Below, one piece after another: positions 27,728 through 38,146 of a stretch of DNA of 64,000 nt (within the stretch, counting starts at the first letter, position 1; each line of letters begins with the position of its first letter). The notes below the pieces were generated by a model, which worked only from the letters and a program-made list of their open reading frames with translations, was not told where the DNA came from and searched no databases. This DNA comes from a virus. Its lineage: Duplodnaviria > Heunggongvirae > Uroviricota > Caudoviricetes. The stretch covers positions 6,939 to 70,938 of IMG/VR virus record IMGVR_UViG_2700989400_000004. The stretch is one strand, 5' to 3'. The position numbers and the translations under genes are program-made.

Positions 27728-28240
27728 TTATTCGACTGGTGTCTCTTGTTCAGTTCCGGCGTCTTCCTCTGCCGGGAGATCATCGACGGTTACTTGTCCG
27801 GCGCTGGAACATTCGATCGACCAGGTGCAAGCGTCATCATGCGGATCGTCTTCCTCAAAGTTGGTGCAAAGGAATGGACCCTCGGTCACGTCCACCGGGG
27901 AAACCATTTTCAACCACACATAAGGCTGTCCACCAGTGGCTTCGCCTGGATTAATGGTATGACGTTTCAATGCCTTCTGGTTGTAGATCTCTTCGGTACG
28001 GGATACGCCATCACCGGAGAAAGAAACAGATTTGTAAGTTACCAATGATTCCTTAGTGTAATCAGCGGATTTGTCAGCGGTGGCATCTGCGACTTCCCAT
28101 TCGACGGAAAGCGTTTTACCGCGCATCATGCCAAGCTCTAAATAATCTTCATCCGCTGGCTTCGCGTTAGGGCAAGCAATAGCGAAAAACACCGCGACGT
28201 CGCGCCCTGTGAATGCGCCTTTCTGGCAAGTTGTAGACAT
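27728..28240 (-). CDS. putative major tail (tube) protein
   Basis: 170-aa ORF in major-tail position; acidic C-terminus. Confidence 0.45.
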   Translation of the reverse strand: MSTTCQKGAFTGRDVAVFFAIACPNAKPADEDYLELGMMRGKTLSVEWEVADATADKSADYTKESLVTYKSVSFSGDGVSRTEEIYNQKALKRHTINPGEATGGQPYVWLKMVSPVDVTEGPFLCTNFEEDDPHDDACTWSIECSSAGQVTVDDLPAEEDAGTEQETPVE

Positions 28241-30102
28241 ATTCTTTTACCTCTTATCTAGATATTATGGTTTGGAAAGCTACTGTGAATATATAGCGCC
28301 CTTCCTTCGTCATGATCGCCGGAATAGCACCAGTTGGTTTCATGTGAATAATTTTATCAGTTTTAAATTCAGTTAACATACTTTGCCGGATAGCATCGGC
28401 AAGGTCTTCCACTTCACTGATATTTTCATCATTGCGCGCGGAAATAACCAAGATGCGGAAATAATCGCGGGTGATGGCTTCTTCCCCCGCCGCGCCGCCG
28501 TTTTGCTGGATAACGATATAACGGGCGTTATTTGTATCCGGGCGCTCATTCCAGAAACGGGCCTGCAAAATATAACCTTCATCATAGCCGTGGGACTGAA
28601 TCCAACCCCTTATATTGTCGTAGACTTCGCTGCGTTTCATATTTGATAACCTCGCTCAATCTCTCGCGTAATTTCTCCTAAGTTTTCGTCAATGCCTTTG
28701 CGCAAGAATTCCGGCTCCGCGTTTGGATCCCAATATTCACCATTCCCCGTGCCGCCGCCGAACTCCACCCCGTCACTAGTGCGCCCGAAGTTTTCGCGCG
28801 GCTGGCCTTTTAATTTACCCGGCATATCGTGCACCCATTCCGCATAGCGGGCCGTATATCCTAAGCGCAATTGCATTCCGGCGGGCGTGTTATCAATTTC
28901 CTGATATTGGCTATTGATTAAAAAACTGGTATCCACTGGCGTTAATAATGCCGCATATCCGCCGCCAATCATGCCTACACGCCATAAAACTTCGGCGGTT
29001 TTCTTATCGGCTATCTCTTTTAATTCTTGCTTTATACGCTCGCGTACACGCTTAACACCCTTAATAGGCATAGAAAACCCCTTTAATATTTACTTTGCAC
29101 GCTGTTACCTGTAATGATTTTATAATCCGGCGTGTCGTTAAACATGCTCATATCCCATTCAACCACGCCTGAGATCTCATTCGCGCCAGCCTCAAGCGGA
29201 TCAGAAAAAGCCGTGGTGTCACCTGGTGCAATCATCCACCCTTTCCGGGGCCGCTCCACTGGTTGCAGGTTGTAAAGCAGTTCGGTAAATATGACGTAAC
29301 TGACATCGGTTTCACTCCCGCGCTCGTCTTCGTCTTTCCCTTCCGTCGCTGTCCAGGCGCAATCAATCAGGTAAGGTTGCCCGTATACCTTCGAATTATT
29401 CCAATCGTCATAGGTTACGGGGTAAATGGTGGCTAACGCCTTATAACTAAATCGCGCGATCTTACTCATAACCGTAACTCCATTTAATGACCTTCGGATG
29501 TGTTTTCGCCACGCGCGGGCAAAGAATTACCCATTGACCAGCATCATTGAGATAGGCGGCAACCTGTCGCCCGGTGTCAGTCTTCACCCACACGCGGGTA
29601 AATAGCTTCGGTAATACAGGGTCCGGTAACGTTAGGTCGTTCCACATAGTCACATCCTCCCGCTCTTACCAATCCAGATCCCGGCGTGCGCGGTGGCTTC
29701 AGGATCTGCCGGAATCAGTTCGGCTGTGCAATGGTACTTGTCAACGGAATAAAGCAACGTCCGCGCCGCTTTCAGTTTCTTGTTGAAATCGACATAGCGG
29801 TAGGACTGGCTTGCACCGTTCGGCCCTGTCTGTGAGGAAATATATTTATTCGCCTGCGTGAGTCCTAACAGGCCGATCAGATAAAGTTGTATTAGCGTTG
29901 CAGTGGAGGCTGGATAGTTGGCATCAAGACATTCATTAACGCTATTTGCCTGCTCCACCAGCAAAGATAAGATAATGTCCGGCAGGTCAATACCCTAGCT
30001 TTCAAGATATCCCCGCGCCTGTTCTGTCGTAACCATTTTGTTTGCTCCACATACAAAAAAAATCCCCGGCATCGCGCCGGGGAGTTACAGGAAACATTCA
30101 GA

Positions 30103-31152
30103 TTAATTGTGACCGTAAACGACACCGGAACGGCCCAGCATGTCGGAAGTGATTTGTAAACCTTCAGCCGACATAATGCGGAAGTTGTAGTTATCGGTCG
30201 GCATAAAGCGCGGCAGCGGTACTACACCAGTAGTCATACCGATCAGCGGGGTGACTACATCCTTGCGGCGCTGATAACCCAGGATCTCATTACCTTTCAG
30301 TGCGAAGGTCTGAGTAATTTCACCGACCGGGGCGAAAGGTTTGATAACATCCAGGACGCTACCAACGATTGCACCGTTAACGATGTGCGGACGTGCCAGG
30401 TTAGCCATAATTTCAGGCGATACCCACAGACGATCATACTTAGCAACGAAGTTATTACGTGCCAGTACGCCGAACTCGCCAATGGTGAAGAAGTCGATCA
30501 GGTCTTCAAAGCCTGCGGTAGTCAGATCAATAGTCAGAGTAAGCTGTTGGGTGTTTTTGTGGTTTTTCATGCCCATTGCTTTATGACCATCGACAACGAT
30601 ACGCTCGTTACCGTTCAGGTAGAAGTCAACGCGTGCTTTGTTGAATTTTTTCAGTTTCAGGCGCTGGCTGTCCAGTGCAAGGTCAATCCCTACGGTATTC
30701 AGACCAGCGGCATGACGCCAGTTAACACCGTAACCCGCTGCGAACATCGGGATCGGGTCGCCATCGCTGCCGTATTCGGTGTGGTCGAAACCGTGTGGTA
30801 CTTGACCGTCCATAGACATTACGACTTCATCGTTAATGTCGCCTGCTACGCTGTACATTTTCAGCGTTTTACCGATAGGTAGCACGGTTTGTACAGCCAT
30901 CAAGTCATTCACGATTTCAATACCGATCTCTTCGGTATTCAGTTCGATGATCTGGTTATCAATTTCTTTCCAGAATTCCTTCTCGAAGCCGCCAACGGCG
31001 TTACAAGCCAGCATTTCAGCGGTCATGTTTGCTTTGTTAGCTGCAATCATGGCGTTATGCTGATCGTTGAAGATGTTACGTTGCGCCCACAGTTCAGCCC
31101 AATGTGCCTGAAGGCGGCTATTAGCGGCTAAATTTTCTTTAGTAAAGTACAT
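30103..31152 (-). CDS. major capsid protein
   Basis: 349-aa ORF downstream of scaffold/decoration-like genes; size and position typical. Confidence 0.6.
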   Translation of the reverse strand: MYFTKENLAANSRLQAHWAELWAQRNIFNDQHNAMIAANKANMTAEMLACNAVGGFEKEFWKEIDNQIIELNTEEIGIEIVNDLMAVQTVLPIGKTLKMYSVAGDINDEVVMSMDGQVPHGFDHTEYGSDGDPIPMFAAGYGVNWRHAAGLNTVGIDLALDSQRLKLKKFNKARVDFYLNGNERIVVDGHKAMGMKNHKNTQQLTLTIDLTTAGFEDLIDFFTIGEFGVLARNNFVAKYDRLWVSPEIMANLARPHIVNGAIVGSVLDVIKPFAPVGEITQTFALKGNEILGYQRRKDVVTPLIGMTTGVVPLPRFMPTDNYNFRIMSAEGLQITSDMLGRSGVVYGHN

Positions 31153-31558
31153 GTTTTTCCCCTTCTAAAATTAAGCGACGCGGACGCGGACAAAATCAAC
31201 GTCTTCTAAGGTGACGTTTTCCTGGCAGAAAGCTACGGTTACTTCGCCCAGCTTGATAGCCTGGTCTTTCACGTATTCACCAGCATCAAGGCGCATTGCG
31301 AACTCGCGACCTTCTTCCACGTAGTCAGCTACAACGGTTTCACCTGCTGCGATAGCATCGCCAATACCCTTACCTTCATGATATGCAGGGTTAACGATAT
31401 ACAGGCGGCCTGTTGCGTCGGTAGCGTTCATAAATACGCCATCAACCAGGGAAACCAGTTTACCCGGTAAAACTTCCTCGCCTGCTGCGTAGGTTTCGGT
31501 AATGGATTTACCGTCAATATTTACACGACGAAAACGAAACATTGCGATCCCCTCTTAA

Positions 31559-32893
31559 TTAGAAATAGGTGTTAAAGTCTGGTACTTCGCCTTTTTTGCC
31601 TTCTTCAGCGGCATTGGTTGCCAGCGGCGCGGCTTTGCCCAGGTTTTTAAACATTTCTTCTAACGCTTCACCACTCAAAGCATTAGCAACAATTTCGCCG
31701 TGAACTTTCATTACTGCGGCGCGTTTTTCTGCTTCTTTTTTATTTGCGTTTGCTGCGATCTCTTCTTTGATCGCTTTCTGGTTGGTCTGCAATTCTTCTA
31801 CGCTTGCCTGTACTGGTTTTAATGCTTCCGCTACTGCATTAGCGATATTAGCGGCTAAGCCTTCGTTAATTTCTTTTACCAGATCGGCGCGTTCTTCAGG
31901 TGTTAAAGGCATATCGATTTCCTCTTTTTTATTAGCCTGGATTTTTTCTTTCAGGATAAACAAATCGGATAGGTGTTCGGCGAATTGAGTAAACCAGGAT
32001 TTCGAATCCTCGTTAGTTTGCAGTTCGCCATCATTGAGAATTATTTTACCAGTCTGTTTTTTGTATGTGCAAACTTGAGCAATTTCACGTTGTTTTGCTT
32101 CATGATATACACCATCAACCAGGATGCCACCATCATAAGCACAATAAACATAGCTTACTTGTTCGTCATTGAAGTCATGAATATAAACATAGTCGGCGTC
32201 TTTATGTTTTTCTTGGAGCGCTGCGTAAAGCATTTTCTCTGTGGCACGATAGCTACCCTCCATCATCGCTTTTTGTGTCAGCGGTCTGGCGGTTGCGGTA
32301 TTAACCATCAGGCCAACCCCTTGTTCCGGGGATGCAGCGGGCGGCTCATGCAGTAAAATAGCGTCATGGTCGATCGACATAATTTTAACAACGCTGTCAG
32401 CACCCTGGGCTTTCATCTCTTCAGTAGCTGGCATACGTTGACGATATACGGCGACGGATGACCAGATCGGCTCTTTGCTTTCGCCTTTCTCCAGTGCTTC
32501 CAGTCGGCTTAATAATTCGCGACCTTGTTCTGAATGGCTGGCGGTTTCCACGTCTACCCATTTTTCCACATAAACACGATTGCCGCGTAATTCAACGTTT
32601 CTGTTCCACGCTCCACAAAAACCCGTATTCAATCCTTCCGGGCTAAATGCGGATACAAATTTACCGTCCACGGTAGGATGACCCAGCGGGGCAAGCGTTC
32701 CCTCCAGCGACTGGTAATTAGCGATAATTTCAGCTTCCGGGTAATATTCACGATTCATAACGATGTTAAAGGGTAACGTGTAGGAAGGGACGACAATATG
32801 CTCTCTCCCGTTATACGTTTCCCGGCGGATTGTATTAGCGGTTAATTTGGTATTAACCTGAATCAATTCTTTAGTCACGGTTTCTACTCCCAA
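31559..32893 (-). CDS. putative prohead protease/scaffold protein
   Basis: 444-aa ORF between head-morphogenesis and capsid genes; C-terminal Ala/Glu/Lys-rich coiled-coil. Confidence 0.45.
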   Translation of the reverse strand: MGVETVTKELIQVNTKLTANTIRRETYNGREHIVVPSYTLPFNIVMNREYYPEAEIIANYQSLEGTLAPLGHPTVDGKFVSAFSPEGLNTGFCGAWNRNVELRGNRVYVEKWVDVETASHSEQGRELLSRLEALEKGESKEPIWSSVAVYRQRMPATEEMKAQGADSVVKIMSIDHDAILLHEPPAASPEQGVGLMVNTATARPLTQKAMMEGSYRATEKMLYAALQEKHKDADYVYIHDFNDEQVSYVYCAYDGGILVDGVYHEAKQREIAQVCTYKKQTGKIILNDGELQTNEDSKSWFTQFAEHLSDLFILKEKIQANKKEEIDMPLTPEERADLVKEINEGLAANIANAVAEALKPVQASVEELQTNQKAIKEEIAANANKKEAEKRAAVMKVHGEIVANALSGEALEEMFKNLGKAAPLATNAAEEGKKGEVPDFNTYF

Positions 32894-33834
32894 TCTTCGC
32901 CATATTTAGCGTGCGCAACCTTATAGTTTTCTTGCGCCCGTTGTTTGATTCGGTTGTTTAATATATTACCGTCTTCATCCACCAATACGGTAATTGTGGT
33001 ACATTTACAGTTAATGGAATTGGGGGAAATACTCCACCATTCGCGCTGTTGTTCGATGGTATAAGTTTTCCCGTGTCGCTGTGCGTGAGTTAGGCGCGTC
33101 GTCGGTGATAATGCCGAAATATGCATTTGCATAGTGCGCAGATTAAATTCTTCTATTGCCGCTTCAGCTTCATCCATACGCGCTGTGCGTAACGCTGTGC
33201 ATATTTCCGTTCGGGCAATACGTTTGCACCTGTATAGCGGCAATTGCGTTTCCTGCTGCAATGTGCGCGCTATTTCCAGTGGATTTAAACCACGGGCCAT
33301 CCCTTCGGTTAATCGCCGGGCCATATCCTTCTTGATCTGTGCTGTTAGCCCGCGCATTTCCTCAAATACACGGGTACGAACAAGGATCAGGCGCGTGCGG
33401 TAGGCTGTGCTGCTTAATACGTCCGCCACTTCAGGATAAGCCCTGGCATATGTGACCGACTGGTTAGCCAGGTTAGCATGTTCTTGTGACGTCCCGCGCT
33501 GATAAGCGACCTTCACATAGTTTTGCCAAAACCAAAATGAGTCAGGATCAGATAGTTCGAATATTTCATCAATCATCCCACCAGCATCATCAAGCAATGT
33601 TTGCAGTTCGTCCATGTATATTTGGAAGGTGTATTTCTTATTCAGTGACTTTTGCGCGGGTATCTTGTCCAGGATGTCGATATAAGGTTGCGCCACTTTC
33701 TTTAAGCACGCCTTAAACCGCTTATCAGCCCCCGACCGTAACTTACCTGTCATGGTCGGGTCTTCGGTATTACTTGGCATTATTGCGGACGGCGGAATCT
33801 TTTTGATTATTTTCTTTATCTTCATCTTCATCAT
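32884..33834 (-). CDS. putative head morphogenesis protein
   Basis: 316-aa ORF directly downstream of portal; start uncertain (internal ATGs at 33780/33753). Confidence 0.45.
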   Translation of the reverse strand: MMKMKIKKIIKKIPPSAIMPSNTEDPTMTGKLRSGADKRFKACLKKVAQPYIDILDKIPAQKSLNKKYTFQIYMDELQTLLDDAGGMIDEIFELSDPDSFWFWQNYVKVAYQRGTSQEHANLANQSVTYARAYPEVADVLSSTAYRTRLILVRTRVFEEMRGLTAQIKKDMARRLTEGMARGLNPLEIARTLQQETQLPLYRCKRIARTEICTALRTARMDEAEAAIEEFNLRTMQMHISALSPTTRLTHAQRHGKTYTIEQQREWWSISPNSINCKCTTITVLVDEDGNILNNRIKQRAQENYKVAHAKYGEDWE

Positions 33835-35152
33835 CCCCGTCTTTCTCTTCTTCCAGTTCTACTTCCTGCGTTGGCCCTTCATATCCGGCAGCTTCGCGGA
33901 TCTCTTCACCGTCGAATATTTGCTCCCCGGTGGCTAAGCACGCCTGATTGATTTGCGCCATCTTATGGGCCGCTTCCAGCATTTCAGCCTTAGTCATGGC
34001 GTTTAGGTCGTCCCATATCACTGATATGTCGGCAGGCATTGCAATCAAGCGAAGGTCAGCCAGCTTGCGGAATAGATCCTCAAGCTCCCCGCCGATTTCC
34101 TCGCGTCGGGTCATACAGCGATTGTTGAAATAGCGTAGATCTTCGGTTGATGCGCGTTCACCCTGCTGATTGCCAACCAGGATACGCGTCGGGATGTCGA
34201 TACCAGCGGCTGCGGTTTGCAGGTTGACGTCATAGGTTGCAGTCGGATCAGGAACGGTTGTTACCAGTGGATTGACGGTAGCGCCTTGTAACGCCATCAT
34301 CACATCATTACCCTTATTGATTTCAGCGGTGGCCTCATTGAACTTCTCGCGTAGCTCTGTGACGTCGCAATCATAGGTTGCAGCCAGGGACCGGAAATCA
34401 ATCTCTTTATCGAACGAGATAGCCAGTTGACGCGCTGCGTTTTTCAGGAATGACTCACCGCTACCACCTTCCACTTTCTCCAGTGAAACAAAGGCGTTGT
34501 AGGACGGCTCAAGAAAGGCTATGGCGTCTTCAGAATAGTCCCCGAAGATAAAAACCCGGTCTGCGTGAATCTTCCTGTTTACGGTCTTCCCGTTAATGCG
34601 TTCTTTGTACTCCCACCAGGTAGGCAGGCCATAGTTCGGCTCATCTGGATCTGCTTCGAAGTCTTTCGGTGTTAATGCACCAGCCCACACAGGCGTAAAC
34701 TTCTCGATCGCTGTTCCCTTAGTTACGGGCTTATCCCACGGTTGGTTATCTTTGACGTGGATTAATAGTCCGGCATAACGACCGATGAGGCGGCGACGGT
34801 CGCATTCTGAGATAGTGCGCCAAAAACGATTATCAAATTGCTTTTTAATCGCCTTTTCCCAGGGTGTTTCTTTTTCGGCGCGTTCATCTTCCGTCCCCTC
34901 GATGATAACCGGGGATGTGCGCCAGCAAGTGGTAATTATCTTTTCGATGGCCCCGTGAGCGATGCCACCGCGACGGTACAGCTTATATAAATCGGTGTAG
35001 GTGATTTCTTCTTTGAATCCGTATTCACTCCATGCTGCGTTACGTTTCGCATCAATACCCATTGAGAATGGATGCGCGGCAGCATAGCGGGTCATGGCTG
35101 CATGACGTTGTGATAATGCAGCATTGACCGCCAATTCAAGGTTTGAAGGCAT
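33770..35152 (-). CDS. portal protein
   Basis: ~460-aa ORF directly after terminase large subunit; acidic C-terminus; ATG at 35152 with AGGAG SD. Confidence 0.6.
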   Translation of the reverse strand: MPSNLELAVNAALSQRHAAMTRYAAAHPFSMGIDAKRNAAWSEYGFKEEITYTDLYKLYRRGGIAHGAIEKIITTCWRTSPVIIEGTEDERAEKETPWEKAIKKQFDNRFWRTISECDRRRLIGRYAGLLIHVKDNQPWDKPVTKGTAIEKFTPVWAGALTPKDFEADPDEPNYGLPTWWEYKERINGKTVNRKIHADRVFIFGDYSEDAIAFLEPSYNAFVSLEKVEGGSGESFLKNAARQLAISFDKEIDFRSLAATYDCDVTELREKFNEATAEINKGNDVMMALQGATVNPLVTTVPDPTATYDVNLQTAAAGIDIPTRILVGNQQGERASTEDLRYFNNRCMTRREEIGGELEDLFRKLADLRLIAMPADISVIWDDLNAMTKAEMLEAAHKMAQINQACLATGEQIFDGEEIREAAGYEGPTQEVELEEEKDGDDEDEDKENNQKDSAVRNNAK

Positions 35153-35174
35153 AATGTTTACTCCTGAATACATG

Positions 35175-35200
35175 TTTACGCGTTGCTACGCGGAAAATAG
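35175..35200 (-). promoter_or_regulatory. conserved ~26-nt element upstream of portal (copy 2 of 2)
   Basis: See 22005-22030; lies in the TerL-portal intergenic gap. Confidence 0.35.
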
Positions 35201-35229
35201 AAAAATTCGTGAGGATTGTGAGGCAGATT

Positions 35230-36714
35230 TTAAAATCCGCGTAGGCGCTTGGGTAACATAAGGCCCATCGCCTGGGGTTGGCTCAATTCAGTGATACCCC
35301 ACACCATCGCGTCGAGTCGGTCCGGGGATTTTTTAGCGGTAGCTGGCACGTATTCCATCATTTGATTTTCCAGCATGTACAGGCTGCCTGTGTGGGCCAC
35401 CCTTCCTTGTGCATACAGTGCTGATATTGGCTCGGCGCGGGCGAATTTACCCTTGCTTGCGTGCACCTTAACAATGCGGCCCTTGAATCCGGCGTTACGT
35501 AGCGTGGCCTCTGCCATTTCGCCGCCCTGGTTGGTTTCGATAACTATCGCGTCAGCTTCATGGATGTTGTAAGCGTTCATTGAGGCTTGCGCCCATTCGT
35601 TAGGAGACATGCGGCCTGAGTAGTCACCGTCTACAGAATACTGAGCGTGCTTACCGCCACCATAAGCGGAACACGCCACGATCCCGGTTTCGTCAGACTC
35701 ATCAGATGATGTTGTTGCCGGGTCGATTGCTATCACCGTGCGGATCTTGTCCTGCGTTATCTGCATCCGGTGCGCGGCGGTTATCATCACTTCCGACCAC
35801 AATGCGCCCTCTTGATCGAACTTGCGCGGACGCTGCATATATTGAGCTTCGAATGTTCGGCGATGTGATTTAAGAGTTGATTCATCTTTATCACTATGCT
35901 TATGCAACCATAGCCAGCCGTCCGGCAGGTTGTGAGGAACAGGAATAGCGAATTCGTTTTCCGGGTATAGATCCCAATAGTCAAGACTGTTGTCGATCTT
36001 CACTGGCAGGCAAAGGTGATGCCATTTCTCACCACTACCGCCACGTAACAGGTAGCCGGACAAATCATCGTAGTGGATGCGCTGCATAATGACGATAACT
36101 GGCGTTGTTTGCACAGCCAGACGTGAAGCAAGCGTATCGTTGTAGTTGGTGTTAACTTTATTCCGCATCACATCAGAGTAAGCGTCAGCGGGCTTTAATG
36201 GGTCGTCGATAATCATCGCGCCGTTAAAGCCTGGCTCCATGTAACCAGCACGAAAACCCGTAATCTGACCGTGTGACGATGCGGCATATACCCCGCCGCC
36301 ATATTCCGTCCACCACATTGATTTGGAATTGGCGTCATTACGGATCCTCATGGGCCATAATTTCTGGTACTCCTGCGAACAAATCATGTTTCTGACTGTC
36401 GAGGAATTGAGTAACGCAAGATTGTCAGAATAGGAAACGTGAAGAAATCGTGTGCGGGGACTTATTGCGAGGGACCGCGCCATCATGTTGATTGTTGCGA
36501 TCGCGGTTTTACCATACCCTGGGGGAATGTTAATGATGAGGCGGGTAATTTCACCATTAATAACACGTTGTAGCGCATCATGGATGGCTATTTGATGGCC
36601 TGATATTAACATCTTCGCGCCGTTTGCCTGCTTGTAGAAATAACGGTTGAAGAACAGGCCATCGTTTTCGCATTTTGACTGAATAACCTCTTCTTTGATG
36701 GTCAACATAATCAC
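35230..36714 (-). CDS. terminase large subunit
   Basis: 494 aa; Walker A-like …NIPPGYGKTAIAT…; C-terminal nuclease-type region; coupled to small subunit. Confidence 0.85.
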   Translation of the reverse strand: MIMLTIKEEVIQSKCENDGLFFNRYFYKQANGAKMLISGHQIAIHDALQRVINGEITRLIINIPPGYGKTAIATINMMARSLAISPRTRFLHVSYSDNLALLNSSTVRNMICSQEYQKLWPMRIRNDANSKSMWWTEYGGGVYAASSHGQITGFRAGYMEPGFNGAMIIDDPLKPADAYSDVMRNKVNTNYNDTLASRLAVQTTPVIVIMQRIHYDDLSGYLLRGGSGEKWHHLCLPVKIDNSLDYWDLYPENEFAIPVPHNLPDGWLWLHKHSDKDESTLKSHRRTFEAQYMQRPRKFDQEGALWSEVMITAAHRMQITQDKIRTVIAIDPATTSSDESDETGIVACSAYGGGKHAQYSVDGDYSGRMSPNEWAQASMNAYNIHEADAIVIETNQGGEMAEATLRNAGFKGRIVKVHASKGKFARAEPISALYAQGRVAHTGSLYMLENQMMEYVPATAKKSPDRLDAMVWGITELSQPQAMGLMLPKRLRGF

Positions 36715-37196
36715 ACCTCATTTTCTACTTCCTGGACGATGCGGGCGATCTCTTCTTTCGTGATTTCAATCTGGACGGGCGCTTCTTCCTTGTTGCCGAC
36801 GATCTCCTGTGTGACGCGTTCGCCGTATTTGCGCGACTGAAGTTTTGCCAGTAGCCACTTGCGCGTTTCAATCATTAGTTGGTGGCGTCGCAACTGATCT
36901 TTATCTGCGTTCTCTGCTGCATCAGCCAGATCGATGATTTCATCAGCCAATACCTCGAAGCCGATCTCCTTCGCGCGCGCGTACATGATCGAGAATTCCG
37001 GTACATCCCTAAACCATTTCAGGATTGTTGAACGGGTAGGCATACCAGGCATTTTCGAAATTTTATTAATACTCTGACCATCCGCCACCAGTTCACATAT
37101 TTCTAACGCTTTTTCTTCTGTATAACCATGCGGACGGCCCACCCTTTTTGCGGCTGGCCTTTTATCGTCAGCTTTTGCCTTTTTAGTGCGGACCAT
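36711..37196 (-). CDS. terminase small subunit
   Basis: 161 aa; basic N-terminus and HTH-like segment; GAGGTG SD; overlaps TerL start. Confidence 0.7.
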   Translation of the reverse strand: MVRTKKAKADDKRPAAKRVGRPHGYTEEKALEICELVADGQSINKISKMPGMPTRSTILKWFRDVPEFSIMYARAKEIGFEVLADEIIDLADAAENADKDQLRRHQLMIETRKWLLAKLQSRKYGERVTQEIVGNKEEAPVQIEITKEEIARIVQEVENEV

Positions 37197-37206
37197 AATT
37201 CACCTC

Positions 37207-37290
37207 TCAATATCTAATGATGATATATACGCAACCCACACAACTTGCGCAGTATGTTAAAACTTCCAACCAGTCGAATAGCTCTTTCAT
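37207..37290 (-). CDS. micro-ORF 10 of array (27 aa, single hydrophobic helix)
   Basis: MKELFDWLEVLTYCASCVGCVYIIIRY; AAGGGT SD; start overlaps stop of micro-ORF 9 (ATGA). Confidence 0.35.
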   Translation of the reverse strand: MKELFDWLEVLTYCASCVGCVYIIIRY

Positions 37291-37430
37291 TGTTTACCCT
37301 TGAATCTCTGTTTTGCTTCTTTGTAAATAAGCCCGGTAATCATTACGATCACGTATACGCATAACAGTAACGCGGCAATAAGCACGCATGAGCAAACTAA
37401 GAACATTAACAGATCGATGAATTCAAACAT
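37287..37430 (-). CDS. micro-ORF 9 of array (47 aa, single TM helix, basic tail)
   Basis: MFEFIDLLMFLVCSCVLIAALLLCVYVIVMITGLIYKEAKQRFKGKQ; AAGGGA SD. Confidence 0.35.
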   Translation of the reverse strand: MFEFIDLLMFLVCSCVLIAALLLCVYVIVMITGLIYKEAKQRFKGKQ

Positions 37431-37440
37431 AATTATCCCT

Positions 37441-37512
37441 TTACGTAATCGAAAACGCCCAGATAATAATGACGATAGCCAAAACCATATAGATAAAATC
37501 TGACTCTCTCAT
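37441..37512 (-). CDS. micro-ORF 8 of array (23 aa)
   Basis: MRESDFIYMVLAIVIIIWAFSIT; GAGGG SD; ATGA overlap with micro-ORF 7 stop. Confidence 0.35.
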   Translation of the reverse strand: MRESDFIYMVLAIVIIIWAFSIT

Positions 37513-37589
37513 CTTTTTAACCCTCGATAAAAATCAACGGCAATAACTACAACTACAGCCACCAGCAATAGCATTTCATATGCGTTCAT
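37509..37589 (-). CDS. micro-ORF 7 of array (26 aa)
   Basis: MNAYEMLLLVAVVVVIAVDFYRGLKR; overlaps 3' end of micro-ORF 6 in another frame. Confidence 0.3.
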   Translation of the reverse strand: MNAYEMLLLVAVVVVIAVDFYRGLKR

Positions 37590-37683
37590 TGACACTACCT
37601 ATAACCAGACCAATGATTATGATTATGGCGACAATGCCTAACATCATTCCGCACATAATCGCCAGTAATTCGAATATATCCAT
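37576..37683 (-). CDS. micro-ORF 6 of array (35 aa)
   Basis: MDIFELLAIMCGMMLGIVAIIIIIGLVIGSVNERI; AGGTGA SD 5 nt upstream. Confidence 0.35.
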   Translation of the reverse strand: MDIFELLAIMCGMMLGIVAIIIIIGLVIGSVNERI

Positions 37684-37691
37684 ACTGTCAC

Positions 37692-37781
37692 CTATGGGCG
37701 ATCTCTGAACATCGCATAGAAAAACCATATAACAATCGCCAGAATAACCAGCGGTATTAACTCATAGAATGGGCCGTACAT
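37692..37781 (-). CDS. micro-ORF 5 of array (29 aa)
   Basis: MYGPFYELIPLVILAIVIWFFYAMFRDRP; AGGTGA SD; the ORF-track entry 37692..37886 is this peptide with an implausible upstream extension. Confidence 0.35.
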   Translation of the reverse strand: MYGPFYELIPLVILAIVIWFFYAMFRDRP

Positions 37782-37789
37782 AAATTCAC

Positions 37790-37864
37790 CTATACAACAT
37801 TCTTCCACCAGAAATAGATAATGACGGCGACCAACGACCACCAGATGAGATCGTAAATATTCAT
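37790..37864 (-). CDS. micro-ORF 4 of array (24 aa)
   Basis: MNIYDLIWWSLVAVIIYFWWKNVV. Confidence 0.3.
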   Translation of the reverse strand: MNIYDLIWWSLVAVIIYFWWKNVV

Positions 37865-37875
37865 GGTGAATACCT

Positions 37876-37962
37876 TTAGCTTTCAATGAATATCATGATC
37901 GCCAGCCATACAGCGACGCAGGCAGAAAGGATAATGAGCTGGTCAATCATATTGTCACCCAT
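37876..37962 (-). CDS. micro-ORF 3 of array (28 aa)
   Basis: MGDNMIDQLIILSACVAVWLAIMIFIES; second ATG has GGGTGA SD. Confidence 0.35.
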   Translation of the reverse strand: MGDNMIDQLIILSACVAVWLAIMIFIES

Positions 37963-38058
37963 CTAATATTTGCTCTTTACGGTTATCAGTACGGCGATAA
38001 CAAAGCCAACCAGAAATATAGATATACCTATTAATCCGGCGATGGTGCTATCGTCCAT
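37963..38058 (-). CDS. micro-ORF 2 of array (31 aa)
   Basis: MDDSTIAGLIGISIFLVGFVIAVLITVKSKY; AGGT SD. Confidence 0.35.
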   Translation of the reverse strand: MDDSTIAGLIGISIFLVGFVIAVLITVKSKY

Positions 38059-38060
38059 AA

Positions 38061-38144
38061 TCAACCTACGGGCCATTTTGGGGAAAACATTACAATCGCA
38101 GTTGCAGCCGCGCCGATAAATACACCTAGCAGGAAAGTAAACAT
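38061..38144 (-). CDS. micro-ORF 1 of array (27 aa)
   Basis: MFTFLLGVFIGAAATAIVMFSPKWPVG; GGGGGTGA SD; starts 3 nt after stop of the HExxH gene. Confidence 0.35.
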   Translation of the reverse strand: MFTFLLGVFIGAAATAIVMFSPKWPVG

Positions 38145-38146
38145 AA